From contig OX597818.1 of assembly GCA_951406725.2 (NCBI GenBank), positions 133,486,001-133,550,000 of the forward strand: a stretch of 64,000 nt of DNA. Reading direction: 5' to 3'. The notes below the pieces were generated by a model. That model was given only the letters and a program-made list of their open reading frames with translations, searched no databases and had not been told where the DNA came from. Origin of the DNA: Octopus vulgaris. Its lineage: Eukaryota. Below are positions 51,831-64,000 of the stretch, in pieces (position 1 is the stretch's first letter; every line of letters begins with the position of its first letter). A program made the translations under genes and the position numbers.

Positions 51831-52114
51831 GCAATAAATATATATTTGGTATTGGATGAAGGAAATCTACACAAAAAAGTTTAGGGGAGGCAGACAGGAA
51901 ATAAAATATTGCCAGAAACACTTGACAGAGATAACAGACCACTCTCTGATTAATAGTTTTTTTTCAGGCTTTTTTCAGTTGTTTTCCTTTGATGCTAATA
52001 ACGTTTTGTAGGAACAGGTATATGTCTATATATAGGGGTATACAGGTGTGGAAGTATGGTGGTATTGGTGGTGTGAGTGGGTTGAACAGAATATTTAAGC
52101 ATTCTTCCAATTCT

Positions 52115-52482
52115 TCATTTCCTGAGTTCAAATTCCACACAGGTCAACTTTGCCTTTCATCCTTTCAGGGTTGATAAAATAAGTACCTGAGGCTGATGTA
52201 ATTCACTTACCCACTCCCTCAAAATTGCTGGTCTTGGGCCAAAATTTGAAACCATTATTATTATTAATGAGGTAGCAAGCTAACAGAATCATTAGCATGC
52301 CAGACAAAATGATTAACAGCATTTCATCCATCTTTACATTCTGAGTTCAAATTCCATCAAGGTCAACTTTGCCTTTCATCCTTTCAGGGTCGATAAATTA
52401 AGTACCAGACAAGTACTGGGGTTGATGTGATTGACCACCCCCTTCCCCTCAAATTCCAGGCCTTATGCCGATAGAAGGAAGA

Positions 52483-52485
<3 letters not shown>
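52115..52485 (+). mobile_element. Two diverged SINE family C-like copies, followed by (ATT)n to 52563
   Basis: CTGAGTTCAAATTCCA..GGTCAACTTTGCCTTTCATCCTTTCAGGGT.GATAAA occurs twice. Confidence 0.7.
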
Positions 52486-52547
<62 letters not shown>

Positions 52548-52932
52548 CATTATTATTATTATTGAAAATACTATTATTTTAACTAATAATTAACTTTTTA
52601 TTATTGTATTTATTGTAGAAGTTGTAGATTTTTTGGTCTGAAATATTTTATATTCAAACTATTCTTTTATGTATACAATTAATTTCTCATTAGTATTTAA
52701 AGGGTTGCCTATCAAAATTGTAGTGCAATAAAGACATTTCAAAATGGTCTTTTAGATTATGTTACAAACAAAAGGAGACAGTAAGTATTTCCTCCACACA
52801 AATATAAACAACAACCTTTTAGAAAATGTCAAGAAACTGCCAAGTTATCGTAGTTGTGTAAAATGCTAGAAATATTTATTTCAAAGGGAGATATTTTGTC
52901 CCTCACTCTTATATGACACATACACTCATTAT

Positions 52933-52981
<49 letters not shown>

Positions 52982-53201
52982 ACACATGCGGATAATTAAT
53001 ACACACACACACACAGAGTAAGTATGTATATAAGTATGTGCGATTCTAATATTTAGTGAACATACAAAATGTACACAAAAAGATGTGATGGTATATACGG
53101 TACCTGTGTCTGTAAGTATGTATATGTATGTGCAGGAGTGTATGTATACATCAATACCTACATTTATATATATAATTTGATGCATATACACATCTATGGC
53201 T

Positions 53202-53238
<37 letters not shown>

Positions 53239-53776
53239 ACACATATATATATAAATAATCTATATTGAAAAGTGCATCTATATCATTTATTTGTGTTTGT
53301 CAGTGTGTATGTATGTATGTATGTATGTGCATTTTATGTATGAATGTGTATTAATTTGAGTTATATTTGTGTGTGTATAAGAAGGTATTGTTGAAATCAT
53401 CAATGAAGAATCAGTGACTTTTTGACCTCCACTTGACTTATGCAAGTGACCTTTATGAAAATGTCATAATAATTCTAAGTTATATGAGTAAACAACAGTC
53501 ATATGTACTAAGGTATAGGGAAATCTCTCCTTCTCTACCTACCAACTTTCTTTTTGTTTGTTTGTTTATTTATTTATTTGTGATTTTGTTATCTGTTGTT
53601 CATTTAGTCCTAATTAATTAATGTAGTCAAAATTAAGAAGTGAACGTTAATAGAAACTGCAATAAAACTCATTAACAATGTCTTTCTATGTAGCAAGAAT
53701 GATGCAGAAAGAGACCAACTTTCTTGACTCTGATGATCTGAAACCTCTTATAATCCACAGTAATTTACACTTTTTT

Positions 53777-54160
53777 TAGAAGCACTCCGTCGGTTACGAC
53801 GACGAGGGTTCCGGTTGATTCGAATCAACGGAACAGCCTGCTCGTGAAATTAACGTGTAAGTGGCTGAGCACTCCACAGACACGTGCACCCTTAACGTAG
53901 TTCTCGAGGATATTCAGCGTGACACAGAGAGTGACAAGGCCGGCCCCTTGAAATACAGGTACAACAGAAACAGGAAATAAGAGTGAGAGAAAGTTGTGGT
54001 GAAAGAGTACAGCAGGGATCACCACCATCCCCTGCCGGAGCCTCGTGGAGCTTTAGGTGTTTTCGCTCAATAAACACTCACAACGCCCGGTCTGGGAATC
54101 GAAACCACGATCCTATGACCACGAGACCGCTGCCCTAACCACTGGGCCATTGCGCCTCCA
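53777..54160 (-). mobile_element. SINE family B
   Basis: Reverse complement of 48094-48478. TSD CAGTAATTTA(C/T)ACT. Confidence 0.9.
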
Positions 54161-54207
54161 CCAGTAATTTATACTAATGTATAGGTATCTGTATTTCATT
54201 CAATTCC

Positions 54208-54652
54208 TTTCTTTTATTTCCTTTAGTCATCAGGCTGCAGCCATGCTGGGGCACTGCCTCAAAGAATTTTTAGTCAAATAAATCGACTCCAGTACTTTTT
54301 TGTTTTTGAAGCTCAGTGCTTATTCTATTGGTCTCTTCTGCTGAACCTCTAAGTTACAGGGACATAAACACACCAACACTGGTTGTCAAGTGGTGGTAGT
54401 AGACAAACACACACACATATATACAATGGGCTTCCTTCAGTTTCTTTCTACCAGATCCACTCACAAAGCAACATAGACATGGAGCAACCGCATTGGGTCG
54501 TTGAGATCATATCTAGATAGGATACTGTGTAGGACAGTAGATAGAGATAGCATAGGGTGTCCACAATTCCACATAGTCAGCTAGAAAAGACAATTGTCCA
54601 AGGTGCCACGCAGTGGGACTGAACCCACATATCACACAGTCATGCCTGTGCC
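54208..54652 (-). mobile_element. Diverged SINE family A carrying a 115-bp LINE-derived insertion
   Basis: Family A similarity on both sides of 54469-54583. Confidence 0.75.
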
Positions 54653-55414
54653 TTCCACACAGCCATATTTGTACCCTAATTATTTAGGTAAATTTAATAT
54701 TTTGTTTAATTTAGAGGGTTTTGACCAAGGTGACAATCACAGGTTTGGAAAAATCTGTAATCTGAAAAAACTTTGGAATCTAGGGTTTCCCACATAAGCA
54801 GAAGGCCACACATTTTGGGTATAGTCTATTGAACTGACCCCAATAAATCAAATACACGAACCACAAATCAGTTTCAATGAGTGTACCCTTAATTCACTCA
54901 TTGAATCATACTACACATGGAAATATAGTGTACGTGGTTGTGTATCTACAACACAGTCATAGATAGCTGTAATGAAACCACCCCAGGGGAATCAGTAGAA
55001 AGAATGTTGGCATTTTGAATGACTGTTATAATCCATTAGATGAGCCTCTGCACACTCCCTATCTGCCCAATTGCACTGAAAAATCTTTGCTTATAGCAGA
55101 AGTACCTCTCAATGGGATTGAACTCAGAAACTCATGTTTATGAAGTAAACATCCTAATAATCCATCCATGCTTTCAACTAGTCCACCATAGAGGGTACAT
55201 ATTTCCATGATCTCAAGCAAATGAAAAGCAAAGTATCTATATACCATTGAAGGGTCCAACAAATTGACCCCAGTACTTATCTTTTAAGCCTGGTACTTAT
55301 TCTGTCAATCTCCCTTTACCAAACCATGAACTTTCAGAACATAAATAAACCAACACTAGTTGTGAAGTGATGGTGAGAGGCAAACACAGACACAAAAACA
55401 AACACACATAGCTA

Positions 55415-55585
<171 letters not shown>

Positions 55586-56039
55586 ATCCCCCACAAAATC
55601 GAGCTGCCAGATGGCCGTAACCTATATGTGATGGTAGAAGATAGGAGGCCTCGATGTTACTTGTGTGGCAGTGAAGAACACCTAAAAACTAAGTATCCAG
55701 CAGCGAAGGATCAACAAAAACAACAAGAAAAAGAACATCAACAACCACAACAAGGAAAAAGTGAAAGGAAACAAAAACCCTTACTACCCACACCACCATC
55801 AACACAGAAGACAAGCAAAGGGAGTACGACAAAAGAAACACACCAACCAAACCCACCAACACCAACGAATGAACATAAAACAGCACCTGGAAAAACACCA
55901 ACAACAACAGCAAGAACGAAAGAAACAGAAAAACCAAAAAGACAATACAAAAACTGATTCCCCTTCCCCTGCATCACATACACCACACACAAACAGTCAA
56001 CAACCAACATCAACGAAAACAACAACACAACCACTTACA

Positions 56040-56222
56040 TATCCATGGAACAAGCTGCCAGACGAGATGGTGAAGATGCCGACGACCGCTTTGTTCAAAG
56101 CCTCCCTTGACCTCAAGTGGCCTGAACTCTTTACAGGAACACCACCCTGTACTTAACTCCATGTCCCCCTACATGGCCTTGCTATTTGCTTTTGAGCTAA
56201 ACTAACTAACTAACTAACTAAA
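56040..56222 (+). mobile_element. CR1-like 3' end nested in Tx1-like ORF1
   Basis: WNKLPDEMVKMPTTALFKASLDLKWPELFT plus (TAAC)n. Matches 35722-35910. Confidence 0.85.
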
Positions 56223-56519
56223 CATACACAGATGCTTACAACATGCCCCTACCTGCTTCTGATTCCTCAGAAATATCGTCGGAAGATGAAAGTAGTGAGG
56301 AATAGCAAATAGCCAGTAAAGGAAGAAGGTAGAGGAGCAACAAAAGAATCAAACCAAATGCAAACGCAAACAAAGCAGGGAGATACACAACTCATGAAAA
56401 CTTTTCGAACACCAACACCAGCACACACAACACCAAGGCCAACAACAACACCTGAAGGAAGTCTTCATGAAGAAGCCAGATGAAAGAACTGAATCAGCCC
56501 TCTCAAAGGCAGACTTCAC

Positions 56520-56790
56520 AGACATGACACGCTTCCGTAGTGGTGGTCATCATCTGGCACTCAGGCGGGATGGCAGGATGCAGCAACACAGATCAATGCA
56601 GACTCTGTAACGAGGAGGTGGAATCTGCAGAACATCTCTGGCTGAGATGTCCGGCCCTGATGGTGGAACACTATATCCGTCAACTAGGGGCTACAATGGA
56701 CGAGATGATTTGTCTCCCTTCCGTGGCTCTAGCACTTCTGAGAGTTATCCTCAGGCGCCTGAGGTGGCCAACAACAACAACAACAACACC
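56520..56790 (+). mobile_element. 3' end of another LINE (I/Ingi-group-like CCHC) nested in the Tx1-like element
   Basis: CRLCNEEVESAEHLWLRCPAL..LLRVILRRLR followed by (CAA)n. The clade assignment is tentative. Confidence 0.6.
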
Positions 56791-58487
56791 TCAAAAACAA
56801 ACACATGCACAATGCTCAATGCCATCAACACGAAAAACACAGAGTTGATGGATTACAGCAACACAAAAAAGAACCTGACACACCAAGACATAAAAACAAG
56901 CAACCATCCATACACAACGCCACCAGAACACATCAAAATATTGCACATCACACCACACACTAAAATCCATTTACCCCAATGCGGTTGGAAGATGCCAGAA
57001 GTACACTTCCAAAAAACTTTATAGTGATCTCTTCAAGGAAATACCGAAGGAGGAGACACAAAATTTTTCAACAGTAAGTGACTCTCTGTTCTTATCGTTA
57101 GTGTTTACACACACACACATCATTAAGATTATGATCAGGATTGGCTGCATGAATGCGCATGGCTTGGAGTTCCCTTGGAAACAAGAGTACCTCTTAAACG
57201 ACAAAGTCTCATGAATTATAAATCATAACCATAAGTGAGACCAGACTCCATAAACCAGGGGCCCTAAAGTCCATGTTTGGCGGGCAGTTTAAACATTTAT
57301 TTTTCTCCATCTGCCGAGAATGGGTTGTAGTGGCACAGCAGTACTTTTTCACAAGAGTCTGGATCTTGAAATAAAGACAATATTTGTAGACCCAGAGTGT
57401 AGACTGGTCGTCCTGGATGTCGACGGCAGCAATGGATGTACTTTTTGACTCAAATCAGTCTATGCAGCACCTTTAACAGGTCGGCCAGATTTCTTTCGAC
57501 AACTAGAAGAATTCCTAGGAACATCTTGTCCTTTACTTTTAGTGGGGGATTGGAATGCTACCTTGGACACATATCTAGACTACGTGGGCAGAGATAGGAA
57601 TAGAGGTGGGTGCAAATGCCTCAGAGTCCCGCTTAGACACTTTCAACTGTCTGACAGGTACCGACTCGACCACCCGAATGTGCCAACATAGACATGGAGC
57701 AACCGCATTGGGTCGTTGAGATCATATCTAGATAGGATACTGTGTAGGACAGTAGATAGAGATAGCATAGGGTGTCCACAATTCCACATAGTCAGCTACA
57801 CGGATCACAAACTTGTGACGTGTACACTAGACTTAGATAAGAAACATAGGCAGGGTCCCGGTTACTGGAAACTAAACATTTCTTTCCCATTGAAACAGGT
57901 TTTCAGAGACCAGATTAGCACGCTTGTAAAGAGGACTTTGATGGGAGCCATCATCAACAACAAATGATGGTTTGCCCTCAAGAGAGCAATAAAAGCAGAA
58001 GTGATTAGGTATAGCAAAGCACTAGCCATAGACAGAAACAGAGTAGAGGGTGACCTAGTTAAGAAGCTAGAAGAGGCGATTAGAAGTGGCATTGTATCCA
58101 GTGTTTTGGTGGTGAGTTTGGCCCTCGACCAACACTTCAACGCCAAACACAAAGGGTGTGTTGTCAGGCTTTTCTTTCCATAGATAAACCTAATCTGTTT
58201 CCCCTTTTTACATTATGATATTTCTGTGATACATGATCCCTATTGATCAGCCTTTTATTTTTCCACGATCCCTTTTGATCAAATTTCTACCCCTACTTTT
58301 TTTCTCTTCCCAAAAAGAAAAGCTCTACTTTGTATTTTGTCCCTTCTGTGTTCAGCCCTGTGTGGCCAATAAAGAATCATATCTATCTATCTACCTATTT
58401 ATCTATCACTCTATAAATATATATATACATATATATATATATATTGAACACGGATGTTAAATGATGATGATGATATATATATATTAT

Positions 58488-58785
58488 GAAGGTGCATGAC
58501 TCAGTGGCTAAAGTGTTGCATTCATGATTGCAAGATCATGTGTTCGATTCCCAGGCCGGGCGTTGCATTGTGTTCTTGAGCAAAACACTTCATTTCACAT
58601 TACTCTGCAATCATTTCATCATCTGACATGTGGCACTCATGGCACCTGTACAGGTAATGTTGATTTGGTGGAGGAAGTGAGCTTATGTGTACACAAACAT
58701 TTGATCACTATAAGCAAATTATCTGTGTGGTTTTTTAGTAAGAAATTGTCAAACCCTCATGCATCATCTAACAAGAGAGTCCATC
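58488..58785 (+). mobile_element. SINE family D-like, diverged
   Basis: GAAGGTGCATGACTCAGTGGCTAAAG..GTTCGATTCCC..TGTGTTCTTGAGCAAAACAC. Confidence 0.7.
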
Positions 58786-58814
58786 ATATATATATATATA
58801 TATATATATCAATC

Positions 58815-58968
58815 ACCAATGGGCTTCCTTCAGTTTCTGTCTATTAAATACACTCACAAGGCTTTGGCTGGCCCAGAGCTAAAATAGAAGACACTTGCCC
58901 AAGGTGCCATATAGTGGAACTGAATCCAGAAACATGTGGTTCAGAAGCAAACTTCTTACCACACAGCA
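58815..58968 (-). mobile_element. SINE family A 5' half
   Basis: CACTCACAAGGCTTTGG..AGAAGACACTTGCCCAAGGTGCC..CTTACCACACAGC. Confidence 0.75.
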
Positions 58969-59531
58969 CCTTATAGACAGACAGACAGACAGATGATGAT
59001 CATGATCATGATGATTATGATGATGAGGAGGAGAAGGTGGAGGAAGAGGAGGAGGATTTAAATAATGGTGATGTAGCTAAGACCTATTCTTTCTAATTGT
59101 TTAATTTACATAGACATAAAGTCATAGTAACAACTATATTGCAGCTGGCATGTACTTCAGCATCCAAGTTATATTCTCTCCCAGTAGAGCACTCTGGAAG
59201 TATTTTCATTACTTTTGCTACGACAATTATTACTTCTCTTCATTGCACAAAGAAACTGTTTCATCTTCTGTCTGTTGCTGGTTAATTTATATACCAACTG
59301 CACATGGTATCAATAACTTATACATTGTATGGCTAAAAGAGTACTGTCTTTATTTCAGCAGTGGCTGGCAGAATGAACAATCACTGAAATATCTAAATGT
59401 TATAATACTGACTACTACTAATTGGGAATTAAAATTGCAACTGCCTAAGTCCACCTAAGTCCATATGTTTATATGTGTACTGAATTAACACATAAGTGGT
59501 TAAGTATGCCACAGAAACATGTACCCTTTAA

Positions 59532-59848
59532 CCCTTTCGTTACCAGCCCGGCTGAAACCGGCTCTGGCTCTTTAGTATAAATGTCTTGTTTTCATAAGTT
59601 TTGAATTCAAATATTCCACCAAATCTTAGTTAAAATTTATGTTCCTATCATCATCATTGTTCGACCGTGGTCGAGACAATGGAATTTACCATGCTACGCC
59701 AGACTTCACAGTCCATCATGGCATTACGGAGGTCCTGTTGCTAACACTAGCTTAATGATAACGAAGTTAATTTACTAAATTATTTGTTATATTTAAAATA
59801 ATTGAAAGAAACACAGAACATCTCAAAATAAATGCAGTAATGAAAGGG
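59532..59848. mobile_element. piggyBac-type MITE with a nested RTE 3' fragment (59648-59741)
   Basis: TTAA|CCCTTTCGTTAC..GTAATGAAAGGG|TTAA. Confidence 0.85.
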
Positions 59849-60059
59849 TTAAATAATCTTCAAGTAGAAGCTGCATTGTCATGATACAAAGGCTTTGTCT
59901 TTGAATTCCATCATCTCAATTTTACATGCAAGATTTAAATCAACTTCAGTCTATAGTAAAAGAAACCTACCCAAGATACTATACAGTGGGCTTGAAAATG
60001 GAGCCTTGTGACTGCTAAACTAGCTTCTTAACCATTCAGTGACGTTGCATTTATACACA

Positions 60060-60439
60060 GGAGGCGCAATGGCCCAGTGGTTAGGGCAGCGGACTTGCAG
60101 TCGTAGGATCGTGGTTTCGATTCCCAGACCGGACGTTGTGAGTGTTTATTGAGCGAAAACACCTAAAGCTCCACGAGGCTCCAGCAGGGATGGTGGTGAT
60201 CCCTACTGTACTCTTTCACCACAACTTTCTCTCACTCTTACTTCCTGTTTCTGTTGTACCTGTATTTCAAAGGGCCAGCCTTGTCACTCTCTATGTCACG
60301 CTGAATATCCACGAGAACTACGTTAAGGGTACACGTGTCTGTGGAGTGCTCAGCCACTTACACGTTAATTTCACGAGCAAGCTGTTCCATTGATCGGATC
60401 AACCGGAAACCTCATTGTCGTAACTGACGGAATGCTTCC
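60060..60439 (+). mobile_element. SINE family B
   Basis: Full-length match. TSD CATTTATACACA. Confidence 0.9.
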
Positions 60440-60739
60440 CATTTATACACACAAATATTATGAAGAGTATCCAGCTGTAGAAACTGCACCAAAGCAGACA
60501 GTGGAGCATAGCACAGTGTTCTGACTCGCAAGTCCCTGTCAAACAATCCATCTCATGCCAGCATGGAAAATAAATGTTAAATGAGGATGATGATAATGAT
60601 GATGATATGTGTATGTGCGTGCAAATACTTATATACATGTGTGTGTGCATACTAATGTTTACTTTTATATTGAGTTATGATCAATTCTGCTACAGGCCTG
60701 AAACATTAGAAGAGGGGGCAAATCGATTACATCAACCCC

Positions 60740-60972
60740 AGGCGGCGAGCTGGCAGAAACGTTAGCACACCGGGCAAAATGCGTAGCCGTATTTCGTCTG
60801 TTGTTACGTTCTGAGTTCAAATTCCGCTGAGGTCGACTTTGTCTTTTATCCTTTCGGGGTCGATAAATTAAGTACCAGTTACGCACTGGGGTCGATGTAA
60901 TCGACTTTATCCGCTTGTCTATCCTTGTTTGTCCCCTCTGTGTTTAGCCTCTTGTGGGTAGTAAAGAAATAG
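60740..60972 (+). mobile_element. SINE family C inserted into an older opposite-strand family C-like copy
   Basis: TSD GATTACATCAACCCCA on both sides. The older copy continues to about 61130. Confidence 0.9.
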
Positions 60973-61410
60973 ATTACATCAACCCCAGTGCTTCACTGGT
61001 ACTTATTTTATTGACCTCAAAAGGATGAAAAGCAATGAAGGCCATGGTGGAATTTGAACTCAGAACGTAAAGACAAAGTACCGCTAAGCACTTTGTCCAG
61101 TAAGCTAACAATTCTGCCAGCTCACTGCTTCATATGTTCAGTCATAATAAAAACAGTTTAACATTCACCCAAAGAATTACTCAGCATTTGTTGTTAAGTA
61201 CATATTTATATGTAGAAATATAATACATACATACATACATACATACATACATACATACATACATACATACATGCATTCATGCATGCATGCATGCATACAT
61301 ACATACATACATACATACATACATGCATACATACATATACACACACAAACATACATACATGCATTCACACATACATACTCATACATACATGCATAGGCAC
61401 ATACAAACAC

Positions 61411-61445
<35 letters not shown>

Positions 61446-61447
<2 letters not shown>

Positions 61448-61545
61448 ATTAAATTAGAGATGAAACCACTATTAGGCAAATCAAACAGTGAAAATCATAA
61501 GCCAATACATAGAAATAAAATTAATTAATAAAATATATAAAAAAT
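61446..61545. repeat. (TA)n-embedded AT-rich repeat (9375 family)
   Basis: ATATTAAATTAGAGATGAAACCACTATTAGGCAAATCAAACA. Confidence 0.8.
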
Positions 61546-63431
61546 ATAAAATATAAAATTCCAAATTAAAATATTTAAATTTAAGTTAAAATTTAGAAAA
61601 TTATTTAAATTAATAATTTAAACTTATAAATTTTAAATATATATACATATATATATTTTATTATTATTATTTTTTTTTTTTTAAAGATATATATGCACAT
61701 GTAATCACATTTATAAAGCAGATTTAAAGTGTACAATATATGACTTAGTGTCATTAAATATAATAGATGTAATAAGTGTATGAATAATCATTATTTCCTT
61801 TATAGGCATATGGCCAGAAATTATGAAGAGAGGGAACAGTTGACTGAATAAATCACAATACCAGGCTGGTATATATTGTTAAAAACTTGGAAATGTTAAT
61901 GTCAATGTTGTCATTGGCAGGCACTCCACTAGTTCTGCTACCTATCTCTTTGAAATATATGAATGTAAAACATTTTATTAACACCCATTTACATTAGCTA
62001 ATATCCTGTATTAGCATTTAACAATTACCCTTTCAATACATTTTCCTAAGTTTATAAACTTCTAGAATACCTATGGAATTGGTAACATTTAGTACATATT
62101 ATTTGAAATTATTAAAATGGAGTGTGAAATTAAAAGAGAAAAAAAAAAAAAAATTTCCTAAATCTCATTAATGTAAAGATTTAATATTCGAGATATTCCA
62201 TTCTAAAGTTATGCATTGTTCTTTTATTACATCACATTGTATTAAAAATATTAATTATGACAAGGTTTTGCCCAAAATGTTCTCTAAATGGACTGCTTAT
62301 TGCCTGATGAGAATTTTCCAAAATATCTGTCCCTTTATATCAAATAAATGTAAAAATAAAATTTAAAAAATATATTTAATACCAGTTCCATACAAAAGAA
62401 AAGTAGAAATTTCATCAAAGAAAATTTCCAACTATAATTATCTAAAAAGTGATTTTAAAGTGATTCAACAATGCCTCCTTTTATTTCAATCTAATTTATG
62501 AAATTCTATATTAATTTGGTGCTATTTATCTTAACTCTATTTCATAATCCTCATTATTCCGAAGACCTCCTAGCCTGCACTTATGATTACTGAAGAAGGC
62601 AGCTTCAAAACATGGGAGATTGATCCACAAGGAAACTATCAACATCACAAAATGAAATATCAATACAATTTTATGAATTCTTTTTCAAAAGTTACTATAG
62701 ACATTTTTACTTTGATATTAACTTTTTATATTTTTATTTATATATACATTTATTTGTTGGTTTTTAATGAGTTTTCTACGACAAAATAGTAAGTTAGAGT
62801 AGAAAAATGCACCAAAAGACTTTTAATCTTTACTATCAAAACATCCATTTTTAAGTGGCTCTTAGGAAAGCAATAAGCATTAATCAAATTTCAAGACTTA
62901 AACTAAGATTACATATTGAAGAAAACAGCATGTAATCATAATTAGTCACATGATTAGCTACTTGACTTTGAAATTGACAAATGACTCAATATGTCCAGTT
63001 AGGTTTTGATAAATTGTAAGTTACAGGATTTGCAAGCTATTTCATAATTATAAAATGCATTCTTAATGGAAGAAAAAGTAAGAAGAGATCCTTCTGACTC
63101 CTGAAAGTAATGTTAGATGATGTTATCTGAAATTTAACTACTTCATTTGACAAGTGTCTACTTGTATAGACTTAAAATTTTCAAACCAACCAAAAAAGAG
63201 AAAAAAATAATGACAAAAAAAATGGAAAATACCGTATAAGTACTGATAGAGTGATAGTCTGAAGCAAGTGCCAGAGAATGTACAAGATACCGATCCAATA
63301 AAGATATGCATATTATTCGATTGAACCAGACAAAAGAGCCCTATTACTTATGTAACATATTGTGTTAACTGTCAACATAATAATAGCATTCAAAATCCCC
63401 TTCAAAAATCTCTTTTAAAAGGTTTTGTTTC

Positions 63432-63722
63432 CTTTCTTAGTCAATTGGAATATGTGAGTGGGAAGTTAGCAGAAATGGCAGAGCACCAGAAGGCGGTGAG
63501 CTGGCAGAAACGTTAGCACACCAGGCAAAATGCTTGCGGTATTTCGTCTGCCGTTACGTTCTGAGTTCAAATTCCGCCAAGGTCGACTTTGCCTTTCATC
63601 CTTTTGGGGTCGATAAATTAAGTACCAGTTACGCACTAGGGTCAATGTAATCGACTTAATCCCTTTGTCTGTCCTTGTTTGTGTCCTCTATGTTTAGCCC
63701 CTTGTGGGCAATAAAGAAATAA
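63432..63722 (+). mobile_element. SINE family C
   Basis: Full-length match. TSD AGAAATGGCAGAGCACCA. Confidence 0.9.
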
Positions 63723-64000
63723 AAGAAATAAGAAATGGCAGAGCACCATACTAAATACCTTATTATATTTAATTCAGGGTAAAGTCTTAGCAGGGTTAAT
63801 TTTGCTTTTCATTACCCAACAGTTAATAAAACAAATATCAATAAAGCACTGCAACCATTTTGAGCACTCAAACAAGAAATTATGTAAAAATTGATCTTGG
63901 GTAAAATGATCAATGTAATATGATGTGGACACATATAACAACTAACAACATACAGATACTATCTATTTATTTATAACTATAGTTATGCATGAATGTGTAT

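Noticed and set aside
53725-53752. CTGATGATCTGAAAC as a hammerhead
   Set aside because: Only 3 nt separate the boxes, so no stem II, and there is no stem I pairing.
62300-62330. CCTGATGAGAATTTTCCAAAA as a hammerhead
   Set aside because: No GAAA and no supporting stems I or III.

Overview
AT-rich, microsatellite-dense eukaryotic DNA made almost entirely of decayed transposable elements. I found no recognisable host protein-coding exon, so this is probably intergenic or a long intron. The repeat landscape (several tRNA-derived SINE families of about 260-420 bp, RTE LINE tails ending in (GAT)n, abundant (TA)n/(CA)n/(TACA)n/(GATA)n) resembles an Octopus (coleoid cephalopod) genome; that assignment is inference from recall, not a database result. 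Elements present: RTE, BovB-like, CR1-like, Tx1/L1-like and Dong/R4-like LINE fragments; a Penelope-like RT; Tc1/mariner elements (DD37D/maT-like, mariner, and two DD36E copies, one full length); piggyBac-type MITEs; and a non-autonomous Helitron. The main observations are an intact-looking minimal hammerhead ribozyme of the Penelope type (20781-20879, minus strand), a decayed sister ribozyme whose cleavage-site half is triplicated and which abuts a 450-bp palindrome, several other long fold-backs, a 115-bp templated insertion copied from 3.2 kb away, LINEs flanked by the same microsatellite on both sides, and a 63-bp hairpin-rich minisatellite grown inside an RTE 3' UTR. All coordinates were read by eye, so element boundaries are approximate.
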